Shown piece after piece: positions 37,717 through 46,981 of a DNA stretch of 64,000 bases (position 1 is its first letter; every line of letters starts with the position of its first letter). Position numbers and translations under genes: made by a program. The notes under the pieces are model-generated. The model searched no databases. It was not told the origin of the DNA and saw only the letters and a list, made by a program, of their open reading frames with translations. The stretch lies in NCBI GenBank assembly GCA_963666565.1, contig OY762911.1, positions 4,608,001 to 4,672,000 of the forward strand, read 5' to 3'. The stretch is from Thermoanaerobaculia bacterium (lineage in GTDB: Bacteria; Acidobacteriota; Thermoanaerobaculia; Multivoradales; Multivoraceae).

Positions 37717-40700
37717 TCAGGCGCCTTCGAGAGCGGGCTCGGCGTCGCCGGGAGGCGCCGCCGGGGGTTTCGCACCGTGGATCGCGATCTGCGAACGGAA
37801 GTCGTTCAGGATGGCGTAGAGCGACGGCACGAGCAACAGCGTGATCGCGGTCGCGAACAGGACCCCGAAGGCGAGCGACACCGCCATCGGGACCAGGAAC
37901 TGGGCCTGGAAACTCCGTTCCAGGAGCAGGGGCAGCAGGCCCACGAACGTCGTCAGCGAGGTCAGGACGATCGGCCGGAAGCGGGCTGCGCCGGCATCGT
38001 GGATCGCCTGGTGTACCGGCATGCCGATCTGGAGCCGCCGGTTGATGAAGTCGACCATGACCAGGGAGTCGTTGACGACGACTCCGGTCAGTGCGATCAG
38101 CCCGAGCAGCGACAGCATGGTCAGGTTGATGCCGATGACCCGGTGGCCGATCACGGCGCCGATCAGGCCGAACGGGATCGCGCTCATCACGATCAGCGGC
38201 TGCAGGTAGGACTTGAAGGGAATCGCGAGCAGAGCGTAGATCACGATCAGTGCCAGACCGAGGGCCCGGAACAGGCCCTCGAAGGTCTGACGCTGCTCCT
38301 CCTGCTCGCCCGCGAACGAGAAGTCGACGCCGGGGTAGCCCGCGAGGATCGCGGGCAGCACGTTGGCCTCGAGGTCGCCGACGACCTCGTTCGCGGTCAC
38401 GACCGCCGGATCCACGTCCGCCGTGATGTTCAGCACCCGCCTCCGGTCGATCCGCTGGATCGTCGCGAAGCCGCGGCCGAACTCGGCGCGGCCCGCGAAC
38501 GAGAACGGCACCTCGGCCCCGGCCGGCGTCCGGATCCGCATGTCCTCGAGCGACGCCAGCGTCTCTCGCTCGTCGGCCGGGTAGCGCACCATGACCCGGA
38601 CGTCGTCGCGACCGCGCTGTATGCGCTGCGCCTCGGCGCCGTAGAAACCCTGTCGCACCTGGCGGCCCAGATCCTCGAGACTCAGGCCCAGCGCTTCCGC
38701 CCGCTGGTCGAGCTCCAGCCGGATTTCCCGCTTGCCGGCCCGGAAGGAGTCCGAGATGTCGAACACGCCCGGGTAGTCGGCCAGCCGCGCCTTGATCTCC
38801 TCGCCAACGGCCCGCAGGTGGTCGAGGTTCCGGCCGGCGAGCTGGACATCCACGGCCGAGCCGAAGCTGACCAGGCTGGCCGTGTACTCGACTCTTACCG
38901 CGTCGGCCACCGGACCCACCTTGTCGCGCCAGCGCCGGGCCACCTCCGTAGCTCGAATCGTCCGCTCCTGGGAGGACGCGAGCTCGATGTTCACTTCGCC
39001 CTGGTGCGGCGCCGCGACCGCCACCTCGAAGCCGGCGGTCGGTCCGCTCGCCTGCTGGAGCGCCGCGTAGGGCTGCGACCCGACCGTCGCCATCACGTGG
39101 CGAAACAGGTCGGCGTGACCCTCGGCCTCCAGTTCGGCTTCCAGCTCGAACGCGGCCGCTTCGATGCGGCGTACGGCGGCCAGGGTGGTCGAGGCCGGTG
39201 TCCCCTGCGGCATCGTCAGCAGGACGACCGCGTTGTCGGCCTCGACGTCCGGGAAGAACTCGAACTTCATCCGGCCCGAGAACACGTAACCCGCGGTGAT
39301 GAAGAGGACCGCCAGACCGATCGCCACCGTGGAGTATCGCCACTCGATCGCCCGCTCGATCAGCGGCCGGTAGCCGCGCTCGATCGCCCACTTCATCCGG
39401 TTGGCGAAGAAGCCCTGGAAGAGCGCCCAGCCCCAGAGAGACCGTCCGCCCTTCCCTTCCTGGTGCCGGTGGGTCAGGTGGGAGAGATGGTTCGGCAGCA
39501 CCAGCATGGACTCGATCAGGGAGAAGGCGAGGCAACCGATGACGACGAGAGGGATCGTCCTCGCGATCGCTCCCGACGGGCCTTCGACGGAGTTGATGAG
39601 CGGCGAGAACGCGGCCAGCGTGGTGAGGATCGAGAAGGTGACGGGAGTCGCCACCTGGCGGGCTCCATCGATCGCGGCACGCGGGCCCGACTTGCCCATC
39701 TCGAAGTGGCGGTAGATGTTCTCGCCGACCACGATCGCGTCGTCGACGACGATGCCGAGCACGAGAATGAACGCGAACAGGGACATCACGTTGATCGAAA
39801 CGTCGACCAGCGGCAGCAGGCCGAGAGCGCCCATGAAGGACACCGCGATACCGACGGACACCCAGAGCGCCAGCCGGAACTTGAGGAACAGCGCCAGCAC
39901 CAGGAACACGAGCAGCAAGCCCAGGCGACCGCTCTCGATCAACACCCGCAACCGGTCCTGCAACGGCACCGTGTCGTCGAGCCAGGTCGTCATCGACAGG
40001 CCGGGCGGCAACGTCGCCTGGCGTTCCGCGACGAAGCCCTTGACCTGGCGCGCGAGCCGCAGCGCGCTCTGGTCGCCGACCCGGTAGACCTGCACCAGGG
40101 CGACCGGCTGGCCGTCGAACCGGGACGTCACGTCGGTCTCGGCGAAGCCGTCTCTCACTTCCGCTATGTCGCCGAGAACCAGGCGGCTGCCGTCGGGCCG
40201 GGCCCGCAGCACGATGTCGCTGAACTCGGCGCCGCGGTACGCCTGGCCCATCGTGCGCAGGAGGATCTCGCCGCCCCGCGCCCTCACGGCGCCCCCCGGC
40301 AGGTCGACCGACGAGCGGCGGACGGCCAGCACGACCTCGTCGAAGGTCAGGCCGTACTGCCGCAGGGTGTCCTCGGAGACCTCGATCGAGATCTCGTACG
40401 GCCGCACCGCGTCGAGTTCGACCTGGGTGATGTCCGGCAGGTCGGAGAGGCCTTCCCGGACCTCCTCCGCGACCGCCTTGAGCGCCCTCTCCTCGACGTC
40501 GCCGTAGATGGCAACCGTGATCACCCGGCGGCGGATGAGCGCCTCCTGGATGATCGGTTTCTCGGTCTCCACCGGAAACGTCGTGATCGCGTCGATCCGC
40601 GACTTGACCTCGTCCAGCACCTCGCGTGTGTCCGCGTCCGTCTCCAGTTCGATGACTACCGTGCCGGAACCTTCGGCGGCCGTGGACCGGATCGTGTCGA

Positions 40701-40932
40701 CTCCCTCCAGGTCCTGCACCGCCTCCTCGATCCGCAGGCACACGCCCTGTTCGACCTCCTCGGGCGCCGCGCCGAGGTAGGGAACGTTGACGGTGACGCT
40801 CTGGGTTTCCATGCTCGGAAAGACCTCGATCGGGATTCCGGTCAGGGCGAGCAGGCCCCAGGCCACGATCAGGACCATCAGCAGGTTCGCCGCCACGCCG
40901 TTGCGGGCGAACCAGGCGATCGTCCCGCTCAC
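37717..40932 (-). CDS. RND efflux permease (AcrB family)
   Basis: NGVAANLLM, GIVVDDAIVVGEN, GVVVNDSLV, RFRPIVLTSLTT. Confidence 0.94.
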   Translation of the reverse strand: MSGTIAWFARNGVAANLLMVLIVAWGLLALTGIPIEVFPSMETQSVTVNVPYLGAAPEEVEQGVCLRIEEAVQDLEGVDTIRSTAAEGSGTVVIELETDADTREVLDEVKSRIDAITTFPVETEKPIIQEALIRRRVITVAIYGDVEERALKAVAEEVREGLSDLPDITQVELDAVRPYEISIEVSEDTLRQYGLTFDEVVLAVRRSSVDLPGGAVRARGGEILLRTMGQAYRGAEFSDIVLRARPDGSRLVLGDIAEVRDGFAETDVTSRFDGQPVALVQVYRVGDQSALRLARQVKGFVAERQATLPPGLSMTTWLDDTVPLQDRLRVLIESGRLGLLLVFLVLALFLKFRLALWVSVGIAVSFMGALGLLPLVDVSINVMSLFAFILVLGIVVDDAIVVGENIYRHFEMGKSGPRAAIDGARQVATPVTFSILTTLAAFSPLINSVEGPSGAIARTIPLVVIGCLAFSLIESMLVLPNHLSHLTHRHQEGKGGRSLWGWALFQGFFANRMKWAIERGYRPLIERAIEWRYSTVAIGLAVLFITAGYVFSGRMKFEFFPDVEADNAVVLLTMPQGTPASTTLAAVRRIEAAAFELEAELEAEGHADLFRHVMATVGSQPYAALQQASGPTAGFEVAVAAPHQGEVNIELASSQERTIRATEVARRWRDKVGPVADAVRVEYTASLVSFGSAVDVQLAGRNLDHLRAVGEEIKARLADYPGVFDISDSFRAGKREIRLELDQRAEALGLSLEDLGRQVRQGFYGAEAQRIQRGRDDVRVMVRYPADERETLASLEDMRIRTPAGAEVPFSFAGRAEFGRGFATIQRIDRRRVLNITADVDPAVVTANEVVGDLEANVLPAILAGYPGVDFSFAGEQEEQRQTFEGLFRALGLALIVIYALLAIPFKSYLQPLIVMSAIPFGLIGAVIGHRVIGINLTMLSLLGLIALTGVVVNDSLVMVDFINRRLQIGMPVHQAIHDAGAARFRPIVLTSLTTFVGLLPLLLERSFQAQFLVPMAVSLAFGVLFATAITLLLVPSLYAILNDFRSQIAIHGAKPPAAPPGDAEPALEGA

Positions 40933-42098
40933 TGCGCGCTCCCACCGACAGCAGCGCGCTCAGGTTCGGGCTGCGGCGTCACCCGCATCCCGTCCACCGC
41001 GCTCTCGAGAATCGTGAGGCTGATCCGGTCCCCTGCCGACAGGCCGTCGGAGACGATCACGACCTCCGGGTCCGCGCGCAGGATCCCGACCCGGCGCAGG
41101 ACCAGCCTGCCGTCCTCCACCAACCACACCCGGTCCGCTCCCACCAGCGCCCCGCGCGGCACCTGGAACACGGATTCCACCGATCGGCCGACCACCTCCG
41201 CGTCGACGAACAGGCCCACCGACAGCGGCGGCCGGTCCCCGGACGCCCGGTACGGGTCGTCCACCCGGGCGATCAGGTTCACCATCCGGGTCGCCGGGTC
41301 GATCTCGCCGCCGACGCGCACGATCCGGCCCTCCCACTCGTGCCTACCGCCGGCGAACTGCGCCCGCAGCCGCGCCCGGGGCCCGGAGTCACCCAGCTCG
41401 CCGCCGAGCGGCAGGTCGAGGAAGGCGAGTTCCGAATCGGGCACCGGCAGGACGACCTCGGCCGCGTCCACCGCGTAGATCGTGGCCAGCGGCACGCCCC
41501 GGTTGACGAACTCGCCGCGGTCGACCCGCTTGGCGCGCAACCTGCCGGCGAAGGGCGCCCGGATCGCCGTCCGTTCGAGATCCAGTTCGGCGCGCCTCTT
41601 GTTGGCGAGGGCGGCCTCCACCTGCGCCCTCGCCTCGGCCAACTGCGGCTGGCGGAGAACCAGCGGGCTGGGCTCCCCGCCGGCTCCGAGCTCCTCCCAC
41701 TCTTCACGGGCGACATCGGCCTCGGCCTGCTCGCGAGCCAGCGCCACTCCCGCCTGCGCGAGGGCGGCGCGGGCGCTAGCCAGTGCCAGCTCGTAGTCGC
41801 GCCGGTCAAGCCGCAGCAGCACCTCGCCGGCATCGAAGAAGCCGCCGACTTCGAAGCTCTCCGCCGTCCAGACGATCGTGCCCGCGACCTCCGAGACCAA
41901 GTCCGCCTCGGTCACCGGGATGACCGATCCCTGGGAACGAACGCCCAGCTCGACCGCGGTCGGCCTGGCGGTCAGGACGCGGACCGGCGGCGGCGCGATC
42001 TCCCGCGGCGCGGTCTCGACCACCGGCCTGGACCGAACCAGGCCGACGACCACCAGAGCGGCCACCGCCAGAATCGCGGCCGGCAGGGCCCACTTCAT
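40929..42098 (-). CDS. RND periplasmic adaptor (MFP)
   Basis: MKWALPAAILAV..., IRAPFAG, IDPATR; start overlaps OMF stop. Confidence 0.9.
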   Translation of the reverse strand: MKWALPAAILAVAALVVVGLVRSRPVVETAPREIAPPPVRVLTARPTAVELGVRSQGSVIPVTEADLVSEVAGTIVWTAESFEVGGFFDAGEVLLRLDRRDYELALASARAALAQAGVALAREQAEADVAREEWEELGAGGEPSPLVLRQPQLAEARAQVEAALANKRRAELDLERTAIRAPFAGRLRAKRVDRGEFVNRGVPLATIYAVDAAEVVLPVPDSELAFLDLPLGGELGDSGPRARLRAQFAGGRHEWEGRIVRVGGEIDPATRMVNLIARVDDPYRASGDRPPLSVGLFVDAEVVGRSVESVFQVPRGALVGADRVWLVEDGRLVLRRVGILRADPEVVIVSDGLSAGDRISLTILESAVDGMRVTPQPEPERAAVGGSAQ

Positions 42099-43759
42099 CA
42101 CGATCGGGGTCCCCCGCCCGCAGCCGGCGCCACGCCTGCACGGCGCCGGCGTGCGGGGAACCGGCCGCCGGCTGGGTGCGCGGGTCTTCCGACCCGCCGC
42201 CGCCGAAGGCGGCCGGAGAATCGGGCCGGCCGCAAGGCCGGCGCCGTTTCCGCGGCCAGTTCCCCGCCCGGCGGCGCGCCCGGTTCCGCGTAGACGCCGC
42301 CGCCCAGCGCGAGGATCAGGTCCGTCCGCGAGTCGAGTTGCTGACGTCGAGCCGCCAGCAACTGGCTCTCCGACTGAAACGACGTCCGCTGGCTGTCGAG
42401 CACCTGCAGGTAGCCGACGAGTCCCTCCCGGTAGCGGCCCTCCGCCAGGCGTTCCGCTTCCCGGCTCTCCGCCGCGGCCCGCTCGAGCGCCGCCGTCCGT
42501 TCCCCGAGCAGCCGTTCGGCGGCGAGGCCCGACTCGACCTCGGCGAAGGCCTGGAGCGCCGTCCGCAGCCAGTCCGCCTCCGCGGCGTCCAGGCCCGCTT
42601 CCACCAGATCCCGCCCGGCGCGCAGGCGGCCTCCGGACAGCAGGGGCTGTAGCAGGCCGGCGGCAAGGCTCCAGACCGAGAAGTCGCCGTCCAGCAGGTC
42701 GCGGAGCTCGCCGCTCGACGTGCCCGCCGATCCGTTCAGCGTGAAGCTCGGGTAGAGCGCCCGGTGGGCGGCGCGCAGCCGCTCCGATGCCGCGACCGCC
42801 CGGTACTCGGCCGCCCGCAGGTCCGGGCGGCGCGCGAGCAGAGCGGCCGGCGCCCCGGCCCCGGGCAGGGGTGGAAGCTCGGGCAGCCCCGCGGCCGCCT
42901 CGATCTCGGCGGCGGGATAGCGGCCGAGCAGGATCTCCAGTTGACGGCGCAAGCCGTCCAGGGTCTGCCGCTGCGCCGCCAGCGAGGCCTCCACCGCCGC
43001 GACCTGGGTCCGCGCCTGGCGCACCTCGAGCGCCGCCGCGACGCCGCGTCGGTAGCGGGCCTCCACCCGGTCGCGGGTCCGTTCCCGGCTGGCCAGGGTG
43101 CGCTCGGCCAACTCCACCTGCTGCGCCGCCTCGACGACGCCGAAGTACACCTTGGCGAGCTGGCCGGCGATCGAGAGCCGGGCGCCGTCGAGGTCCGCGC
43201 CGGCCGCGGCCGCCTCCGCCAGCGAGGCGGCGGTCAGCGCGCCGAGCCGGTCCCAGAGATCGACCTCCCAGCGGACGTTCAACGCCAGGCCGTACGACGT
43301 GAAGGCGAAGCTCCTCACGCCGCCGGGCTCGAAGCCGGGAATGGGGATCGGGATCGCCTCCGTCAGCCCGCTCTGCGCCGTGTTCTGTTTGCGCCGACCC
43401 GGGTCGAGCGACGCCTCCAGTTCCGGGTTGCGCGCCGCGCCGTCGAGCCGGGCCTGGGCCAGCGCGGCGTCGACGTTCAGAGCGGCGGCGCGGAGGCTGG
43501 CGTTGCGCTCCAGGCCCTCGACGACCAGCCGGGAAAGCAGCGGGTCGCCGAACGCCGTCCACCACTCCGCGTCGAGCGGCGGCGCCGCGGCCGGCGTTTC
43601 GGCCTCCGGCGCGGGGGCGCCCGCCTCCTGGCCGTAGACCGCCGGCACCGGCGCCTCGAGCTCCGGCGTCCGGGCAGCGCTGCAGCCGAGCAGCAGAGCC
43701 GCGCACGCCGCGAGAATGCGCGCACGCCGGACGCGACCCTGGAGTTCGGGGATCTTCAT
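42098..43759 (-). CDS. TolC/OprM-family outer membrane lipoprotein
   Basis: LLLGC lipobox, WWTAFGDP, WEVDLW, LLARRPDLRAAE, LALGGG. Confidence 0.92.
   Translation of the reverse strand: MKIPELQGRVRRARILAACAALLLGCSAARTPELEAPVPAVYGQEAGAPAPEAETPAAAPPLDAEWWTAFGDPLLSRLVVEGLERNASLRAAALNVDAALAQARLDGAARNPELEASLDPGRRKQNTAQSGLTEAIPIPIPGFEPGGVRSFAFTSYGLALNVRWEVDLWDRLGALTAASLAEAAAAGADLDGARLSIAGQLAKVYFGVVEAAQQVELAERTLASRERTRDRVEARYRRGVAAALEVRQARTQVAAVEASLAAQRQTLDGLRRQLEILLGRYPAAEIEAAAGLPELPPLPGAGAPAALLARRPDLRAAEYRAVAASERLRAAHRALYPSFTLNGSAGTSSGELRDLLDGDFSVWSLAAGLLQPLLSGGRLRAGRDLVEAGLDAAEADWLRTALQAFAEVESGLAAERLLGERTAALERAAAESREAERLAEGRYREGLVGYLQVLDSQRTSFQSESQLLAARRQQLDSRTDLILALGGGVYAEPGAPPGGELAAETAPALRPARFSGRLRRRRVGRPAHPAGGRFPARRRRAGVAPAAGGGPRS
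42172..42214 (+). repeat. Family A REP-like copy within the OMF 3' coding tail
   Basis: ctgggtgcgcgggtcttccgacccgccgccgccgaaggcggcc inside ORF 42098-43759. Confidence 0.85.
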
Positions 43760-43852
43760 CGGACAACTCCGGCCGCGAGACTACCCGTCGTCGGGGTCCG
43801 GCGCGGCGATCCGCTAGCGTCCCGCCATGGCTGCCCGCATGGAGGGAGCGCC

Positions 43853-44914
43853 GTGAGCGCCGCCGCGCCGTCCGGGCCGCCGCGCCCCGATCGCGGCCGC
43901 CGGCGCGCCCTGATCGAAGCCGCGGTGCGGGAGAACGAGGCCGAACTGGGCCGGCGGCGCGAGAAGGCCGCGAGCGGCGCCGGCCCGCCGGATCGCCGGC
44001 GCCGCCGCGTGCGTCGCCGGGTCCTGATGCTTTCGATCCCGGCCGCCTTCGCGGCGGCGCTCGGCTTCCTCGCACTGAATCCGCCGGACGCGGACTCGCC
44101 TTCCGCCGAGCCGACCGGCCGTCCACCGCCGGAGACCGAGGTTCTCTTCACCGGACCGCCGGCCTCGCTCGACCCCGACGTCTTCCCCCTGCCCGTGCGG
44201 CGGATCGTCCTCGATCCGGGCCACGGCGGCGCCGCTTCGGGCACGAGCGCCGACGGGCTGACCGAGAAGGCCCTCGCCCTCGACATCGCCCGCCGACTCC
44301 GCGACCTGCTCGTGGACGCGTACGGCGTGGCGCTGACCCGGGAAGCGGACATCGACCTGGACCTCGACCGCCGCACGTCGATCGCCAACCGCGCGGGCGC
44401 CGACCTGTTCGTGTCGATTCACGTCAACTGGCTGACGAGGAACCGGTCCTGCGGCGTCGAGACCTACTACCTCGGCCCCACCGACGACCCGGAGCTGTCC
44501 GCGCTCGCGGAACGCGAGAACTCGGAGGCCCAGGGCTACTCCCTCGGCGACCTGCGCCGGTTGCTCGACGGGGTATACGCCCAGGCCCGGCAAGACGACA
44601 GCCGCGCCCTGGCGACCGCGGTCCAGGAGTCGCTCTTCGAGCGCCTGCGCGCAGCGAATCCCGACCTCACGAACCGCGGCGTCAAGTCGGCGCCGTTCGT
44701 CGTCCTGATCGGCGCGGAGATGCCGGCGATCCTGGCCGAAGTCTCCTGCCTGTCCGACGCGGACGAGATCGAGCGCCTGCGCGACGACAGCCATCTGCAG
44801 GCGATCGCCGAAGCCCTGGACGCGGGGATCCGGAGCTATGCCGCCTCTCTGCTGCCCGAAGCGGAGACCGCCGGCGGCGACGCTAAGCTCCCCGGCGACC
44901 CGGACCGAAGATGA
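43853..44914 (+). CDS. Membrane-anchored N-acetylmuramoyl-L-alanine amidase (Amidase_3)
   Basis: Basic N-terminus + TM; IVLDPGHGG, EK, FVSIHVN, MPAILAEV; GGAGGGAG RBS. Confidence 0.9.
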   Translation: MSAAAPSGPPRPDRGRRRALIEAAVRENEAELGRRREKAASGAGPPDRRRRRVRRRVLMLSIPAAFAAALGFLALNPPDADSPSAEPTGRPPPETEVLFTGPPASLDPDVFPLPVRRIVLDPGHGGAASGTSADGLTEKALALDIARRLRDLLVDAYGVALTREADIDLDLDRRTSIANRAGADLFVSIHVNWLTRNRSCGVETYYLGPTDDPELSALAERENSEAQGYSLGDLRRLLDGVYAQARQDDSRALATAVQESLFERLRAANPDLTNRGVKSAPFVVLIGAEMPAILAEVSCLSDADEIERLRDDSHLQAIAEALDAGIRSYAASLLPEAETAGGDAKLPGDPDRR

Positions 44915-45972
44915 CCGCGCAGACCGCCGCCAGCACCGCAGGCACGACCAGGGGAGGGGTGCTCAAGGTGGGCATCGACCTGGGGACCTCCCGCAGTTCG
45001 ATCTCGGCCGCGAACGGCGAGCGCCACATGGTCCGGAGCTACGTCGGCTGGCCGCGGGACATCGTGGCCCGCAAGGTGCTCGGCCGCGACGTGCTGGTCG
45101 GCATCGAGGCCCTGGAGAAACGGCCGATGCTGGAACTGCGCCGGCCGCTCGAACGGGGGCTGATCAAGGAGGGATCGGAGCGCGACGAGCAGGCCGTGCG
45201 CGAGATCGTCCGGCGGCTGCTCGACCTGGCGGCGCCCGAGGAGCGGAGTCCGAGGCCGGCGATCCACGCCGTGGTCGGCGTGCCGGCCGAGACGCTGCGG
45301 GCGAACCGCCGGAACCTGCGGCGCATCCTCGAAGGCCAAGTCGCCAGCACGATGATCGTCTCCGAACCGTTCGCCGTCGCCTACGGCCTCGACGCCCTGG
45401 TCCACACGATGGTCGTCGACGTCGGCGCCGGCACCACGGACTTCTGCGTTCTGATGGGCCGCTTCCCGACCGAGGGCGATCAGCGCTCCCTGACCGTCGC
45501 GGGCGACGCCGTCGACCAGCGCCTGCACGCCCGGATCGAGGAGCGCTTCCCCGACGCCTCGGTCTCCATCCACATGGCGCGCGCGTGGAAGGAGCGGTAC
45601 GCCTTCGTCGGCGGGGGCGGTCCGGTCGTCGTCGAGGCGCCGGTGCGCGGCAAGCCGACCCCGCTCGACATCACCGAGCCCATGCGGACCGCCTGCGAGA
45701 GTCTGCTCGACCCGCTGCGCGAAACCTTGCTCGACCTGATCGCAAAGGTCGAACCCGAGTACCAGAACCGGGTGCGCAACAACGTGATCCTGACCGGCGG
45801 CTCGGGCCTGATCCGGGGCCTCGGCGCCGCGCTCCAGAACGCGCTCGGCGAGCTCGGAGGAGGCCGGGTGCGCGTGGTCAAGGACCCGGTCTTCGTCGGC
45901 TCCGACGGCGGCTTGACCCTGGCGAGGGACGTTCGGGAAGAGGACTGGCTGCGCCTGACCGGCGGCGGCTGA
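44911..45972 (+). CDS. MamK-like bacterial actin
   Basis: GIDLGTS, YVGWPRD, VVGVPA, VSEPFAVAYG, DVGAGTTD, EPEYQ, TGGSG, VKDPVF match MamK-type rather than MreB-type motifs; ATGA-coupled to amidase. Confidence 0.85.
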   Translation: MTAQTAASTAGTTRGGVLKVGIDLGTSRSSISAANGERHMVRSYVGWPRDIVARKVLGRDVLVGIEALEKRPMLELRRPLERGLIKEGSERDEQAVREIVRRLLDLAAPEERSPRPAIHAVVGVPAETLRANRRNLRRILEGQVASTMIVSEPFAVAYGLDALVHTMVVDVGAGTTDFCVLMGRFPTEGDQRSLTVAGDAVDQRLHARIEERFPDASVSIHMARAWKERYAFVGGGGPVVVEAPVRGKPTPLDITEPMRTACESLLDPLRETLLDLIAKVEPEYQNRVRNNVILTGGSGLIRGLGAALQNALGELGGGRVRVVKDPVFVGSDGGLTLARDVREEDWLRLTGGG

Positions 45973-45975
45973 GCG

Positions 45976-46020
45976 CCGGGGGCGCGGGTCTTCCGACCCG
46001 CTGCCGCCGAAGGCGGCCAG
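45976..46020 (+). repeat. Family A REP-like copy between convergent genes
   Basis: ccgggggcgcgggtcttccgacccgctgccgccgaaggcggccag. Confidence 0.88.
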
Positions 46021-46036
46021 AGAAACCCGCCGTCCG

Positions 46037-46795
46037 CTAGACCGGCGCCGCCGTCCTCGCCGGCGGCCCCGGCAGCAGGGACGCTAACTCGTCCAGGTCG
46101 GCCACCTTCGGGCAATCCACCTCCGGCCAGTCGCCCCACGGATCGAGCAGCACCGCATGAACTCCGGCGGCCCGCGCGCCGGCGACGTCGGCGGCGTAGA
46201 GGTCGCCGACATGCACCGTCCGTTCCGGCCGCGCGCCGGCCAGTTCGAGCGCGACCTCGAAGATCCGCGGGTCCGGCTTCTCGAACCCGACCGCAGTGGA
46301 GTCGACGAGGCCGTCGAAGAGATCGGAGTAGCCGATGTTCGAGACGGTCGTTCGCATCGTGCCGTCCGAGTTGCTGACCACGACCATCCGGTAGCCCCGG
46401 GCCCGGATCCGCTCGAGTGCTTCGCGGCTGCCGGGCAAGCTGCGGTTCCAGAGCCGGTCGTTGCGGCCGGGCGAGAAGAGACGGTTCGCCAGCGCGGAGG
46501 CGGCGTCGCCGGGGTCGGCGCCAGCGCGGCATGAAGCCGGAAGCCGCTCCAGGATCGCCCCCAGGTAGAAACGGAAGGCGTTGTCCCCCTCGGTCGTCCG
46601 CCGTTCGGCCAGGGCCGCGGAGAGCGCCGGCCGCGCCGCCGCTTCCGCACGCTCGATCTGGGCGCCGGAACACTCGACGCCGAGAGCTGCCGCGGCCGTC
46701 GCGACGCGGTCGAAGTCCATCGACAGGAAGGTGTTTCCCGCATCGAAGAAGACCGTGTCGAGTTCCTCCCAGGGAACCGGTCGCGCCGTCGCCAT
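46037..46795 (-). CDS. HAD-family hydrolase
   Basis: VFFDAGNT, VVSNSD, EKPDPRIF, HVGDLYAADV. Confidence 0.88.
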   Translation of the reverse strand: MATARPVPWEELDTVFFDAGNTFLSMDFDRVATAAAALGVECSGAQIERAEAAARPALSAALAERRTTEGDNAFRFYLGAILERLPASCRAGADPGDAASALANRLFSPGRNDRLWNRSLPGSREALERIRARGYRMVVVSNSDGTMRTTVSNIGYSDLFDGLVDSTAVGFEKPDPRIFEVALELAGARPERTVHVGDLYAADVAGARAAGVHAVLLDPWGDWPEVDCPKVADLDELASLLPGPPARTAAPV

Positions 46796-46981
46796 GGCGC
46801 CGTAGTGTGCCACCAGCCGCCGAATCCGCCGCCGCGCGGGACTGCCGTCCCAGCGCCCGACGACGGGCGTACGGGACCGGCGCGCCGTCGCCGGAGACGG
46901 CCCGAAGGACGTGCCGGCCTCCACGTCCGGCGCCGCCGGCGGACGATCGTCTATTCTCCACGGTCACGGAGGACGACGACG

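Noticed and set aside
44911-45972. Magnetosome gene cluster or canonical mreB
   Set aside because: No other mam/mms genes and no mreC/mreD in the window; only the MamK-like actin is supported
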